A DNA stretch of 64,000 bases from Oceanispirochaeta sp. (lineage in GTDB: Bacteria; Spirochaetota; Spirochaetia; DSM-2461): positions 800,001 to 864,000 of the forward strand of contig CAXXOA010000002.1 in the NCBI GenBank assembly GCA_963666275.2, read 5' to 3'. This document shows positions 19,866-30,722 of the stretch, in pieces (position 1 is the first letter of the stretch; each line of letters opens with the position of its first letter). The notes under the pieces are model-generated. The model saw only the letters and a program-made list of their open reading frames with translations, searched no databases and was not told where the DNA came from. Position numbers and translations under genes: made by a program.

Positions 19866-22800
19866 CAGCATTTCAGTGATTTCTGTACTGGAAAAAAGAT
19901 CTTCCATATCTGTCAGAGCCTGCTCAAAATCGTAGTTTTCTACGGAATTGACAAATTTCTTGAATTTGGGGTTCCGCTGAAATCTGCCCGAACAGCACTC
20001 CTTCATTTCGGAAAGCAGGTTAAGAGCTTCCGTATCATTCTCTTCAAGCAGCCTTTTCAGTCTGTCTACTTTCTCCGCTGATACCGAAGTTTCCAGGGAT
20101 TCGGATTCTTTTGGAACGGTCAGGGGCAGAGAGCCTTTCTTATCCTTCAGGTTCTGAATCAGGAAAGACAGCGCCGAGTTCAGGGTCTCCCTTCTGAGAG
20201 ACTGCTCCTTGTCCGGGGCATCCTCTCTCACCGCTTTCTCCAGTTCCGCTGCCAGATTCCGAATTTCACCGGCCCCTATATTTCCGGCAGAGCCCTTCAG
20301 TGAGTGGAGGAGCCGCTCCGCATCTTCGGGAGATGTCTCCAGAGTTGAGAGATACTGCCTTTTGAAATCCTCATACATGTCGGCAAATTTCAGAAGAAGC
20401 TTTGCGTAAAGATTCTGGTTCCCCTTGAGCAGATTGAGTCCTACGGCAATATCAAGACCCGGGATTTCCGGAAAGGCTTTCTCCCCGCCGGACTTGAGAT
20501 CCTGCGATTCCGTAAGTTCCGGCTGGATCGTGGCATCGATCCATTTGGACAGAACTCTATAGAGTTCCTCCGGGTTGACAGGTTTGCCTATATGATCATT
20601 CATTCCGGCTTTGAGGGATTTCTCCCTGTCTCCAGACATCACATTAGCTGTCATGGCAATGATCGGGAGGTTCCGGAACCGTTCCTCCCGGCGGATTCTC
20701 CGCGTGGCTTCATAGCCGTCCATCACCGGAAGCTGACAATCCATAAGCACCGCATGAAATGAATCTGTTTCAAGCATTTCCAGAGCCTGCTGCCCGTTTT
20801 CGGCAAGGGAGACTTCGATCCCGTAATTATCAAGCAGCTCAATGGCCACCTCCTGGTTGATCGGATTGTCTTCTACCAGAAGGACCTTTGAACCCTCCAT
20901 AATAACCTGTCTCTGATACCGGGCTTTGCTTCTGCTGATCCTGTCACTGGGATTGATATAATGGCCTGACAGACTCAGGATCGAGTTGAGAAGGGAAGAG
21001 GGCATTATCGGTTTGGCCAGGTATTCTACAATACAGGACAGCTCCTGTCCGGCCTGCAGCAGGTCATCACTGCCATAGGCGGTCGTCATGATGATCCCTG
21101 GTTTGGGGTTTATGTTTGTTTCGTTTTCTATCCGGCCGGCCAGTTCAAAACCATCGCTGCCGTCGAGATTCCAATCCAGTAAAATGAGGTCGAACTCTTT
21201 ATCCCGGGCATTTTGAATTTTATCCAGTGCCTCTTCAGATCTGGTGACACTGTCGTAATCAAAACCGAAAGAGTTCAGCATTTCAGAGAGTATGGCAAGG
21301 GTTGAGGGGTTATCATCGACTAGAAGGATTTTCAGATCTTTTGCATCGGTAAAATCCGGATACCGCAGTTCCTCTGAGCTCTGAACCTGCAAATCCACAG
21401 TAAAATGGAAGGTACTGCCTTTTCCCTTTTCACTGCTGACCCAGATCTCACCGCCCATCAGCTCAGCCAACTCTCTCGATATGGCAAGACCCAGTCCGGT
21501 TCCTCCGTATTTTCTGGTGGTAGAACTGTCGGCCTGGGAAAACTCTTTGAACAGCTTTGACTGCTGCTCCTCTGTCATGCCTATACCCGTGTCCTCCACC
21601 CAGAAATGGAATCTGCTCTTTCCATTTTTCCCATCAATCTGTCTGACCCCGACGATGATTTCTCCCTGTTCTGTAAATTTCGCCGCATTATTTGTCAGGT
21701 TTAGCAGGATCTGTTCCAGCCTTAGAGGATCCCCTACCAGAGCTGTGGGGGTTTCCACCAGGAAATCAAAAACCAGCTCCAGTCCCGCTTCTTCTACTCT
21801 GTAGCTGAGGATATTGGCCAGGTTTTCAAATACATCTTCCAGATAGAAATCAATTTCCTCCATCTCTATCTTTCCGGCCTCAATTTTCGAGAAATCCAGG
21901 ATGTCATTGAGAATCCCAAGCAGGTTTTCCGCTGCTTTGTGCACCTTGGAAACATAGCCTTTCTGCTTCTTATTCAGTCCCGACTGCATGGCCAGGTGAC
22001 TCAGACCGATTATGGCGTTCATGGGTGTTCTGATCTCGTGAGACATGTTTGCCAGGAAGTCTGATTTGATCCTTGCTGCTTCTTCTGCCGCTTCCTTTGC
22101 AAGAGCCAGTTCTCTGTCCGCTTTCTTTCTTTCAGTTATGTCCTCTACCAGCCCGTCGATAGTCAGTATATTCCCGTTATCGTCTCTCACTGGATGGTTT
22201 GACACTAGAAGCGTTTTTTCTATCCCCTCAGGATGGCGGAAGCGCATTTCAAACTGCATAAAGTTTTTTTCAGGTTCATCAAAGAAGGATTTAACAATCC
22301 TACGTCCTACCTCGATATCCTCGGGATGCCAGTTTATATTCTCCACCCAAGTGCGGCCTATTAGGTCTGCCGGATCAATCCCCATGATCGATTTGAAGCC
22401 TTCACTGCCGAAAAGAAATGTTCCATCACTGTCATGGCTGTATATAAGGAAATTCTCTCCCAGCTCTTCTATAAGCTGTTTATATTTTTTTCGGCTCTGC
22501 TCCAGTTCCTGTTCCATGGATTTCCGGTCTGTAATATCCACATTCCAGCCGGCAAAGGCTGGTTTTCCTTCATACTCAAAGGGGAATATGGATATCAGCA
22601 TATCTCTAGGTTCTCCTCCTACCTGAACTTTGGCTTCATAATTGGAACAGTACCCGTACTTCTCCAGCTGCTGTTTCAGATTCCTGTCATCCTCCGGTTT
22701 CAGATATTTGCTTCCATCGGAATCTCCGATCTGAAAACCGATTTTCTGCATCTCCGAATTCACATATTTAACTTCATTTTCCGTCATGATCATGACGCCG

Positions 22801-24656
22801 ATCGGATTGGTATCCAGAATATGGGCCAGGTTTTCCTTCTCTTTTCTTATTGTTTCCTGGTATTCCAGTTCTCTGGTAATGTCCTGCATGACCGCAACAA
22901 TATAGGTTTCCCCATCCAGTACTGTGAGGTTTACGGCAATCTCAATGGATACGGGAATATTGCCTTTTCTCAAAGCGGTAATTTTAAAGCGTTTTCCCAG
23001 GTAGTCCGGAACATCTCCCCGGCGCAATTCCATAAGAGATTCTTCCAAATTTGTTCTGAAAGGTTCCTCCAGGAGCTGTTTCAGATTTTTCCCGATGATT
23101 TCTTCTGAGCGGTACTGGAAAATCTCTTCTGCCGAAGGGCTGAAAAAGGTAATAATTCCCCTGTCAGTTGTAACAAGAATTCCATTCATCGCCGTATTGA
23201 TTATGGACTGGAGCCTATTGGTTCTCTCTTCCACCTTGAGTTCCAGTTCTTCCCGGGCTTTTTCAAGCTCTAAACGGGCGCTCTCCATTTCTGTAATATC
23301 CGTAAAGGTTTCAAGGACAAACTCCTTGCCATCCTTTTCGATCCTGTTGACCGAACGCATGACGGGAATCTGTATGCCTTCTTTTGTGATGACACGGTTC
23401 TTGAGCGCCCGGTTCTGACCCACTGAAGCCTGCAGACAGGAACTGTCATCGAGGGGGCACAGCATCCCCCGGCAGGGGTTGCCTATGATCTCCTCCGGGG
23501 TTCTGCCCAGAAGGGCCAGGGCGTGTTTGTTGATGGTTTCCACTTTGCGGGTTTCCGAATCCACCAGGAAGACTCCCGTGGGAATGGAATCAATCAGGTT
23601 GGACAGGAATTTCTCATTCTCCGCCAGTTCTCTTTGAGACTTCTCAATGGAATCTATCATTGTGTTGATTCTGTGGCTGAGCTTGCTAATCTCATCGGAG
23701 CCGGGAATCTCAGTCCTTAAACTGCTCTCTTTTTTGAAGGTAATCCTGTCTACCTGTCGGGAGAGGGTCTCCATCCGTCCCAGTATATGCCTGGAGATAA
23801 ATAGAAAGGCCGGGAAGCTGAGGGCAAGAAGTATCGCAATGACACTTATGTTGTACTGTTTATTGACTCTTCTGTTGGACATCTCTTTTGATCTGTCCAG
23901 GGATATCTCCATGACAAAAAACCGGGAATCCGTTAAATCCCGATAGGGCACTGTGGCCAGGAGGTTTTCGTGGTGCGGTCTGGAGATAACGGGGAATTCC
24001 AGTTTGAAATCTACCGGAAGTTCGTTCTTCTCTCTCCCATAAATCCTGACGGGAAATCCGAGGATCTCCGAATACCCGTCCAGAGCTGCCGGGGAGAGGC
24101 GCTGGATAAAATACATCCATCCCACCGGCTCTGAGGTTTCGTCATTATTCAGAATGGGCCTGGCTACGGCCAGTCCTGTTTCTGAGGGACTTATCTGTAT
24201 AAAACCGCTTATGATGCCGGGATCCGATTCCGTTCGGGGAGGTATTCTGTCAAGCTCTCCCAGTATGGACTGAAGGATCTCCGGGGAAGGGGCGCCATCG
24301 GCATTGGAAGCTGCGGCATGGACGATCTTTCCTTGCATATCCTTTATCACGATGGCTGCAAGGGACACCCGGGAAAAAAAGTCCAGCTTCAGGTTTGTTG
24401 AAATATAGTCGGGATCACCATTCTGGACATATTCATATGTTTCATCCCAGCTGGAATAATCCTGCAGGAGAAAATCGAGCTGATTGAACAGGAAGTTCAG
24501 GAAGCTTTCTGCCCGTTCAATCTGATGGTTCAGCTCCTGTTCCTGTATTCTGTTCTGCTGGTTCACAATGAGGAGGCCTGAGGATAGGTACAATCCTACA
24601 GCAAGAGAGAAGACCGCCGAGAGAAATACAATTGTTGAGATAATTCTGATCTTCAA
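19860..24656 (-). CDS. Hybrid sensor histidine kinase (CHASE4-like, HAMP, multiple PAS, HisKA, HATPase, 2 REC, Hpt)
   Basis: DYSSWDETY periplasmic motif, [21 protein letters not shown], two receiver domains (LLDWNL, LMDCQLP) and Hpt [11 protein letters not shown]. Confidence 0.92.
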   Translation of the reverse strand: MKIRIISTIVFLSAVFSLAVGLYLSSGLLIVNQQNRIQEQELNHQIERAESFLNFLFNQLDFLLQDYSSWDETYEYVQNGDPDYISTNLKLDFFSRVSLAAIVIKDMQGKIVHAAASNADGAPSPEILQSILGELDRIPPRTESDPGIISGFIQISPSETGLAVARPILNNDETSEPVGWMYFIQRLSPAALDGYSEILGFPVRIYGREKNELPVDFKLEFPVISRPHHENLLATVPYRDLTDSRFFVMEISLDRSKEMSNRRVNKQYNISVIAILLALSFPAFLFISRHILGRMETLSRQVDRITFKKESSLRTEIPGSDEISKLSHRINTMIDSIEKSQRELAENEKFLSNLIDSIPTGVFLVDSETRKVETINKHALALLGRTPEEIIGNPCRGMLCPLDDSSCLQASVGQNRALKNRVITKEGIQIPVMRSVNRIEKDGKEFVLETFTDITEMESARLELEKAREELELKVEERTNRLQSIINTAMNGILVTTDRGIITFFSPSAEEIFQYRSEEIIGKNLKQLLEEPFRTNLEESLMELRRGDVPDYLGKRFKITALRKGNIPVSIEIAVNLTVLDGETYIVAVMQDITRELEYQETIRKEKENLAHILDTNPIGVMIMTENEVKYVNSEMQKIGFQIGDSDGSKYLKPEDDRNLKQQLEKYGYCSNYEAKVQVGGEPRDMLISIFPFEYEGKPAFAGWNVDITDRKSMEQELEQSRKKYKQLIEELGENFLIYSHDSDGTFLFGSEGFKSIMGIDPADLIGRTWVENINWHPEDIEVGRRIVKSFFDEPEKNFMQFEMRFRHPEGIEKTLLVSNHPVRDDNGNILTIDGLVEDITERKKADRELALAKEAAEEAARIKSDFLANMSHEIRTPMNAIIGLSHLAMQSGLNKKQKGYVSKVHKAAENLLGILNDILDFSKIEAGKIEMEEIDFYLEDVFENLANILSYRVEEAGLELVFDFLVETPTALVGDPLRLEQILLNLTNNAAKFTEQGEIIVGVRQIDGKNGKSRFHFWVEDTGIGMTEEQQSKLFKEFSQADSSTTRKYGGTGLGLAISRELAELMGGEIWVSSEKGKGSTFHFTVDLQVQSSEELRYPDFTDAKDLKILLVDDNPSTLAILSEMLNSFGFDYDSVTRSEEALDKIQNARDKEFDLILLDWNLDGSDGFELAGRIENETNINPKPGIIMTTAYGSDDLLQAGQELSCIVEYLAKPIMPSSLLNSILSLSGHYINPSDRISRSKARYQRQVIMEGSKVLLVEDNPINQEVAIELLDNYGIEVSLAENGQQALEMLETDSFHAVLMDCQLPVMDGYEATRRIRREERFRNLPIIAMTANVMSGDREKSLKAGMNDHIGKPVNPEELYRVLSKWIDATIQPELTESQDLKSGGEKAFPEIPGLDIAVGLNLLKGNQNLYAKLLLKFADMYEDFKRQYLSTLETSPEDAERLLHSLKGSAGNIGAGEIRNLAAELEKAVREDAPDKEQSLRRETLNSALSFLIQNLKDKKGSLPLTVPKESESLETSVSAEKVDRLKRLLEENDTEALNLLSEMKECCSGRFQRNPKFKKFVNSVENYDFEQALTDMEDLFSSTEITEMLS

Positions 24657-24657
24657 G

Positions 24658-25698
24658 TTATTTCTCCGTTTGATCCGGATGCTGCAGGTAGATCTCTCTG
24701 ATCTTATCCAGGTTTTCCAGAAAAATGTCTGTCAGAACCGGATCGAAATGGAGGCCTCTTTCCTCTTTTATATATTCCACTGCTTCTTCAATGGGCCAGG
24801 CCCTTTTATAGGGACGTTCACTTGTCAGGGCATCAAAAACATCTGCCAGGGCCGTGATCCTGCCTATGATCGGAATCTCCTCCCCCTTCAGTTTTCCCGG
24901 ATACCCTGTTCCGTCCCATCTCTCATGATGGGTCAGGGCGGCTGTTTTCGCAGCCTGTAATAGGGTATTCTCATGGTCTCCGATAATCCTGGCGCCGAAT
25001 TCGGCATGCTGCTGCATGATCTCTGCTTCCTCCACGGTCAGGCGGCCCGGTTTGAGAAGGATTCTGTCCTGTATGCCGATTTTGCCAATGTCATGCATAG
25101 GCGTGGCATTGAGGATCATCTCCGCCTCCACCTGATCCATTCCGATGCCTTCGGCCAGGATCCGGCAGTACTGGCTCATCCTGATAACATGCATCCCTGT
25201 TTCGTTATCCCTGAATTCCGCCGCACGGCCCAGCCGTCTGATGATTTCCAGCCGGCTTGAGTTCAGCTCTCTGGTCCTCTCCAAGACCTGTTTCTCCAGG
25301 AGCCTTTTCTGATCAAAGAGATCCAGGTGGGTTTTCACCCGGGACAGGACTATCGGAGGGCTGACGGGTTTTGTGATGTAGTCGGCGGCCCCCAGTTCAA
25401 ACCCCAGGGTTTCATCATCCACTTCTCCCAGGGCAGTTATGAAAATGACAGGAATGTTCCTGCTCCGGGGATCCGCCTTCAGCTGGCGGCAAACATCATA
25501 GCCGTCGGTACCGGGCATCATTATATCCAGGAGGATTAGATCCGGAGTGTCCGAGATGGCTATTTTCAGGGCTCTCTGTCCGTTGTTGGCGGCTTTTACC
25601 TTGTATGTATCCGACAGGATACTGGACAGGAGTGTTATGTTGTCCGGCATGTCGTCTACCACAAGAACTGTCTGCCGGGAATCTTTGCTGTTTTTCAT
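24658..25698 (-). CDS. Response regulator with HD-GYP output (RpfG-like)
   Basis: REC domain (VVDD, LLDIMMP, KP) plus HDIGK and [11 protein letters not shown]; probable start at ATG 25698. Confidence 0.92.
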   Translation of the reverse strand: MKNSKDSRQTVLVVDDMPDNITLLSSILSDTYKVKAANNGQRALKIAISDTPDLILLDIMMPGTDGYDVCRQLKADPRSRNIPVIFITALGEVDDETLGFELGAADYITKPVSPPIVLSRVKTHLDLFDQKRLLEKQVLERTRELNSSRLEIIRRLGRAAEFRDNETGMHVIRMSQYCRILAEGIGMDQVEAEMILNATPMHDIGKIGIQDRILLKPGRLTVEEAEIMQQHAEFGARIIGDHENTLLQAAKTAALTHHERWDGTGYPGKLKGEEIPIIGRITALADVFDALTSERPYKRAWPIEEAVEYIKEERGLHFDPVLTDIFLENLDKIREIYLQHPDQTEK

Positions 25699-25948
25699 CC
25701 GGTCATGATATAAGATAGATTTCCGATCCTCAATAATTACCTGCCGGGAGGGGCTTATTTTTATAGAGATTTTCCTTGAGCCCGATTCCCTGACAATCTT
25801 GACCCGTAAGAGATTTCTGACATACACTCAGAACGGTATCTAAAAAACCATTCATACTTAGCTTTTCCGTTTCCGGGCTTTCCTTTGTCTGTCCAGATCG
25901 GGATGAAATCCTGCATTGTTCAGGTCTTTATCGGAGGTCTTAAACGGC

Positions 25949-27124
25949 ATGATCCAATACCCTTTTACCGCCATTGTCGGCCAGGAAGCCATGAAGACGG
26001 CTCTCATTCTTCATGCCATCGACCCTTCCATCGGAGGAGTCCTGATCCGGGGCCATAAGGGAACAGCCAAAAGCACGGCCGTCCGGGCTCTGGCAGAGCT
26101 TCTTCCCCCTCTCCGGGTGGTAGAGGGCTGTCCTTTTCACTGCAATCCTGATGCCCGATCCCTGATTCATGAGGACTGCCGGAACAGGGTAGAAGCCGGA
26201 GAAACTCTGAAAGCTGCTGAAATTGAAGTTCCTCTTGTAGAGCTTCCTCTGGGGGCCACAGAAGACAGGCTGGTAGGATCCCTCCATATGGAAAGGGCTA
26301 TCCAGGCGGGAGAGAGGGTTTTCGAACCGGGTCTCCTGGCGGCCGCTCACAGGGGAATCCTCTATGTGGACGAAGTGAACCTTCTGGACGATCACCTGGT
26401 GGATCTTCTTCTTGATACTGCCGCCTCGGGAATCAACCGGGTGGAAAGGGAAGGCATATCCCGGGTTCATCAGTCTGATTTTATCCTGATCGGCACAATG
26501 AATCCCGAAGAAGGGGAACTGAGACCCCAGTTCCTTGACAGATTCGGCCTCTGTATCAGCGTGACAGGAGAGTCAGATATTAAAAAGAGAAGCGAACTTA
26601 TAAGACGCCGCCTTGCCTTTGAAAAGAATCCGGTACTGTTTGCAGAGTCCTGGGTCGAAACCCAGGAAGCCCTGCGGAAGCAGATTGCCGATGCCCAGGC
26701 CCGATTGCCGCAGATCATAGTTCCCGATGAAGTCCTGGATTCGGCCTCCTCTCTGGCTGTTAAAGTGGGAGCTCAGGGGCACAGGGCGGAAATCACCATT
26801 ATAAAAGTTGCCTCAGCCATCGCGGCCTTTATGGACCGGTCTACCATTTCCCACGGAGATGTTATGCAGGCCGCTGCCATGGCTCTGCCTCACCGGCTGG
26901 ACCGTTATATTGAAATGGGAGAGACCGAACTCCCGAAAGAGCTGACCGATGCTCTGGTTGAAGTCTTCGGAGAACTGCCCTTTCTCTCCAGAGAAGAGGA
27001 GCAGGATGAAGATGACAAGTTCCTGCTCTACGATCCAGACGAGGACCTTTTTCCCGGTAACTTCGCCGGGGGAATGCCCGTTTTTGCCTACCTAAAAAAA
27101 AAGCATCCAACATTGTCCTTCTAG
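25949..27124 (+). CDS. Chelatase subunit I-like AAA+ ATPase (0-frame product of a chlD-like gene)
   Basis: [35 protein letters not shown] and RPQFLDRF, then an acidic tail ending at an A9 run; GGAGG lies upstream of ATG 25949. Confidence 0.9.
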   Translation: MIQYPFTAIVGQEAMKTALILHAIDPSIGGVLIRGHKGTAKSTAVRALAELLPPLRVVEGCPFHCNPDARSLIHEDCRNRVEAGETLKAAEIEVPLVELPLGATEDRLVGSLHMERAIQAGERVFEPGLLAAAHRGILYVDEVNLLDDHLVDLLLDTAASGINRVEREGISRVHQSDFILIGTMNPEEGELRPQFLDRFGLCISVTGESDIKKRSELIRRRLAFEKNPVLFAESWVETQEALRKQIADAQARLPQIIVPDEVLDSASSLAVKVGAQGHRAEITIIKVASAIAAFMDRSTISHGDVMQAAAMALPHRLDRYIEMGETELPKELTDALVEVFGELPFLSREEEQDEDDKFLLYDPDEDLFPGNFAGGMPVFAYLKKKHPTLSF

Positions 27125-27894
27125 GGGATGAAATCCCTCTGAAGATCTCTCTGGACGAGCACCGGGTTCTGCCGGGGCGGAAACAGACCCGTCCTTCCCG
27201 CAGGGGACGGCATGTGGCCTCTGTCAAAGTCAGGGAGGGAGAACAGATTGGAGAACTGGATCCTCTGGCCACCTGTCTGGCTGCGGCCGTAAACAGGAGC
27301 GGATCGGGGGAACAGAAGGGTTTTCAGGGTATCTCGCACCGGGACCTGCGGCAGCGTCTGCGGGTTCAGCCTGTCAAAAAAACAATCCTCTTTCTGGTGG
27401 ATTCCTCCGATTCCATGCTTGTGGAAGAGCAGATCAAGCTTGCCAAGGGGGCTGTCCTGGGTCTTCTTACCCAGGCCTATCAGAAGCGCTATCGGGTGGG
27501 AGTCGTTGTGTTTCATGACTGGGAGGCAAAAGTTATTCTGCCTCCCACCACAAGCATTGCCCGGGCCCGTCATGAACTGCAGGCTGTGGTGACCGGAGGC
27601 GGAACCCCTCTGGCCCATGGTCTGGAAACGGTTCTCCAGACTGTCAAAACCGAGCGGGTCCGCCATCCCAATGATCAGCAGCAGATGATCCTCATCACCG
27701 ACGGCAGGCCGTCGGTCGCCCTTCGCCCGTCTGCCAATATCCGGGACGAGGTCCTGACTCTGGCGGATAAATTCCCCGCCCGGAACATCCCCTCTATTGT
27801 ACTTTCAACTGCAGAACCGGGCACTCTCCTCCGTGAGATAGCACTCCATCTGAAAGCCCCTTTAAGAAAGCTCCGGGATGTCATTCATGCATAA
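27103..27894 (+). CDS. vWA (integrin-I) domain of a chelatase subunit D-like protein, probably reached by a -1 frameshift
   Basis: The -1 frame is open from the A9 run (ASNIVLLG...[14 protein letters not shown]...); MIDAS residues in [14 protein letters not shown] and ITDGR. Confidence 0.8.
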   Translation, partial: ASNIVLLGDEIPLKISLDEHRVLPGRKQTRPSRRGRHVASVKVREGEQIGELDPLATCLAAAVNRSGSGEQKGFQGISHRDLRQRLRVQPVKKTILFLVDSSDSMLVEEQIKLAKGAVLGLLTQAYQKRYRVGVVVFHDWEAKVILPPTTSIARARHELQAVVTGGGTPLAHGLETVLQTVKTERVRHPNDQQQMILITDGRPSVALRPSANIRDEVLTLADKFPARNIPSIVLSTAEPGTLLREIALHLKAPLRKLRDVIHA

Positions 27895-28064
27895 GAGCGG
27901 AACACACAGGAACCGTCACCAGGCCGGAGATTCCGGCAGGGGGCCGGATAATCTGATTTTTTTCTTTGATTTTTGCATTTTCCCTTCGGATCTCTTAAGA
28001 TTTTCAATAGTCATAAAGTTAATAACACGCTTATTACATTTTTAAATCTATCAAAGGAACGAAT

Positions 28065-30020
28065 ATGAATTTCTCAGTCAGGGCTAAACAGATAACCGGT
28101 TTTGTCGGTACTTCTCTGATCATTATTACAAGTCTGGGTCTGATCTCCTATTTTAATGCTCAAAGGGCTCTTAAAGCGGAAGTGGAACACAGGCTGATTA
28201 CAGAGGCGGAACAGCTTGCTGTCGGGTTTGATAACTGGATTACCAGCCAGTTCCTGGAAATCTCAGCTATTGTCAGATATCTGGAGATCGATTATTCATC
28301 CGAGATGTTTGACGCCTTGGCTGAAGAAGCCCTGCGTCTGGGGTATAACTCCATTTCTCCGGTTGACGGGGATGGAATTCTGCATCTGGTTTCAGGTGCC
28401 CAGGTGGATCTGAACAGCAGGGACTATATCCAAAAGGTCTTCAAAGAGAAAATCCCTGTGATTTCTGATCCAGTTTTCAGTGCTGTAGAAGGAGAAGAGG
28501 ATCTTCTTACGGTTCTTATTGCAGTCCCGATCTTTCGCGAAGGACATATGACCGGGGTTATGGTGGGCCAGAGGAAAGCAGAATTTCTAAGTGAATTCCT
28601 CCAGACCGTAGACAACGGGGAGGGCTCCTCCAACTATATTATTTCCAGGGATCCCTGGCCGATCGCCCATACCAATCCGCAGATGGTCAGGGACAAAACC
28701 GATGCGACCGTGCTTGAGAAGGATAATCCCCGATTTACAGGTCTGGCTGATATTATCCATAGGATGATGAAGGGAGAAGAGGGAATCGATGCCTACGGCC
28801 GGGGTAGAAACCAGGTCTATGCGGCCTATACTCCCATTGGTGACTTCGGCTGGGATGTGGCTATCAATATCCCCCGGAAAACTGCTCTTGCCTCTCTGGA
28901 CCGCTTCAAGATTCAGATGCTTATGATCGGAATATTCTGGATCGTCTTCGGGGTAGTCATCGGGATTGCTTTGGGAAATACTTTTTCACGGCCCATTAAA
29001 ATCCTTTCGGAAAAACTCAAAATACTGGCATCGGGAGATCTTTCCATCTCTGTGGATGATAAGCTGGTGGCAAGGTCCGATGAGATCGGCCTTCTGGCGG
29101 GGTCTCTCCGGGATATGTCATCCAATTTTAAGAACGTTGTCAGCCAGGTAATTGCCGCCTCTTCCAATATCGCCCAGAGCAGTATGCAGGTGAATGAATC
29201 CAGCCAGATGCTTTCCAGCGGATCTAGTGAACAGGCCGCCAATGCCGAGGAAGTCTCAAGCTCCATGGAGCAGATGAATGCGAATATCTCCCAGAATGCT
29301 GACAACTCGAACATGACAGAAAAAATTGCTTCCAAAGCCGCTGTTGATGCCAAACAGAGCGGGGATTCTGTCAAGGAAGCTCTGGAAGCGATGAACCAGA
29401 TTGCCGAAAAAATTTCCATTATTGAGGAGATCGCCAGAAATACCAATCTTCTGGCATTGAATGCCGCTATTGAGGCGGCCCGGGCGGGTGAGCATGGCAA
29501 AGGCTTTGCCGTGGTGGCTGCGGAGGTCAGAAAGCTGGCAGAGCAGAGTCAGAAAGCGGCCGGTGAGATCACAGAACTGGCATCCAATACGGTCCGCCTT
29601 TCTCAGGGGTCGGGAGATCAGCTGGCCAGGGTTGTTCCTGATATTGAAAAAACAGCCGACCTGATCAAAGAGATCAGTGCCTCCAGCAGTGAACAGCAGG
29701 CGGGAGTCGAGCAGATTACGACGGCCATTCAGCAGCTTGATCAGACCATACAGAGCAATGCGTCTTCTTCGGAGGAACTGGCGGCGACATCGCAAAATCT
29801 GGCTGCCCAGGCGGAAGATCTTAAAACTCTGATGGCCTATTTCAAGCTGGGAAACTCTCCCCGGGAGACTAAAAAAAGGACAGAAGTCAAACAGCTCCCT
29901 CCCGGTCCAGCCAGGGCTCCGGTCAGACCCCGGATGCTGCCGTCCTCAGAGCCTGTTTCGGATTCAGAACCGCCTCGTCCGGACAAAAGGGAAGAAACCG
30001 ATGATTTTGAAGAGTTCTGA
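28065..30020 (+). CDS. Methyl-accepting chemotaxis protein with a Cache-type sensor
   Basis: Two TM segments, HAMP (DEIGLLA) and signalling hairpin [33 protein letters not shown]. Confidence 0.95.
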   Translation: MNFSVRAKQITGFVGTSLIIITSLGLISYFNAQRALKAEVEHRLITEAEQLAVGFDNWITSQFLEISAIVRYLEIDYSSEMFDALAEEALRLGYNSISPVDGDGILHLVSGAQVDLNSRDYIQKVFKEKIPVISDPVFSAVEGEEDLLTVLIAVPIFREGHMTGVMVGQRKAEFLSEFLQTVDNGEGSSNYIISRDPWPIAHTNPQMVRDKTDATVLEKDNPRFTGLADIIHRMMKGEEGIDAYGRGRNQVYAAYTPIGDFGWDVAINIPRKTALASLDRFKIQMLMIGIFWIVFGVVIGIALGNTFSRPIKILSEKLKILASGDLSISVDDKLVARSDEIGLLAGSLRDMSSNFKNVVSQVIAASSNIAQSSMQVNESSQMLSSGSSEQAANAEEVSSSMEQMNANISQNADNSNMTEKIASKAAVDAKQSGDSVKEALEAMNQIAEKISIIEEIARNTNLLALNAAIEAARAGEHGKGFAVVAAEVRKLAEQSQKAAGEITELASNTVRLSQGSGDQLARVVPDIEKTADLIKEISASSSEQQAGVEQITTAIQQLDQTIQSNASSSEELAATSQNLAAQAEDLKTLMAYFKLGNSPRETKKRTEVKQLPPGPARAPVRPRMLPSSEPVSDSEPPRPDKREETDDFEEF

Positions 30021-30146
30021 CAGATCTGATCTGCCGCCGGAGAGCTTATGAAGGTTTCATCAGATCGAATCTATATAGAATTTTCCGATTCACCGGGCAA
30101 AATGTGGGGTTGGAACAGCGGAACTTTTTGATTACCCTATATTCTA

Positions 30147-30190
30147 TTTCGCCGCATCCGGATCCTGACAGATTGCGGATGCGGCGGAAA
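30147..30190. repeat. GC-rich inverted repeat downstream of the MCP gene (possible terminator)
   Basis: TTTCGCCGCATCCG ... CGGATGCGGCGGAAA. Confidence 0.5.
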
Positions 30191-30284
30191 TTCCTTCTTC
30201 TTCAAAAAACTTATATAAAATTTCAGATTATTCCTGTCCCTCCTGAAAAAAGGTTATATTATATAAATTAGCTAAGACTATCTC

Positions 30285-30313
30285 TTGACCCGAAATATTA
30301 ATGCTGATAAACT
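30285..30313 (+). promoter_or_regulatory. Predicted sigma-70 promoter of the feo operon
   Basis: TTGACC-N17-TAAACT upstream of feoA. Confidence 0.55.
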
Positions 30314-30354
30314 TTAGGTGAATCAGATCAATACTATCCCTGGGAGGACAGATT

Positions 30355-30609
30355 ATGAAGCTTGTTGATTGCACGGTTGATAAAACTTATAACATTGCTA
30401 CGATCAATACGTTTGATACGGGGATGAAGGATTTTCTTTTTTCTCTGGGTTGCTATCCCGGTGAGAATATCACCCTCATATCCCAGCTGTCATCCAATTA
30501 TGTTATCAACGTTAAAGATGCCCGCTACAGTATTGATAGAAACCTCGCTTCCGCCATTGAAGTGCAGGAAATGGATAATCAGAACTCTCTGAAAGAGAGT
30601 GTTGTCTGA
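30355..30609 (+). CDS. feoA: Ferrous iron transport protein A
   Basis: FLFSLGCYPGENIT...VKDARYSID SH3-like pattern; GGAGG SD; upstream of feoB. Confidence 0.85.
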   Translation: MKLVDCTVDKTYNIATINTFDTGMKDFLFSLGCYPGENITLISQLSSNYVINVKDARYSIDRNLASAIEVQEMDNQNSLKESVV

Positions 30610-30722
30610 TTTTTTTTACCCCGTAACTTAGGAGAGCATAACAATATTCATCTATAATAATTATGGCTGAATCTGCAGTGCCTCCTGTATATATGACTCA
30701 ATAGTAATTGAAGGAGAGATAG

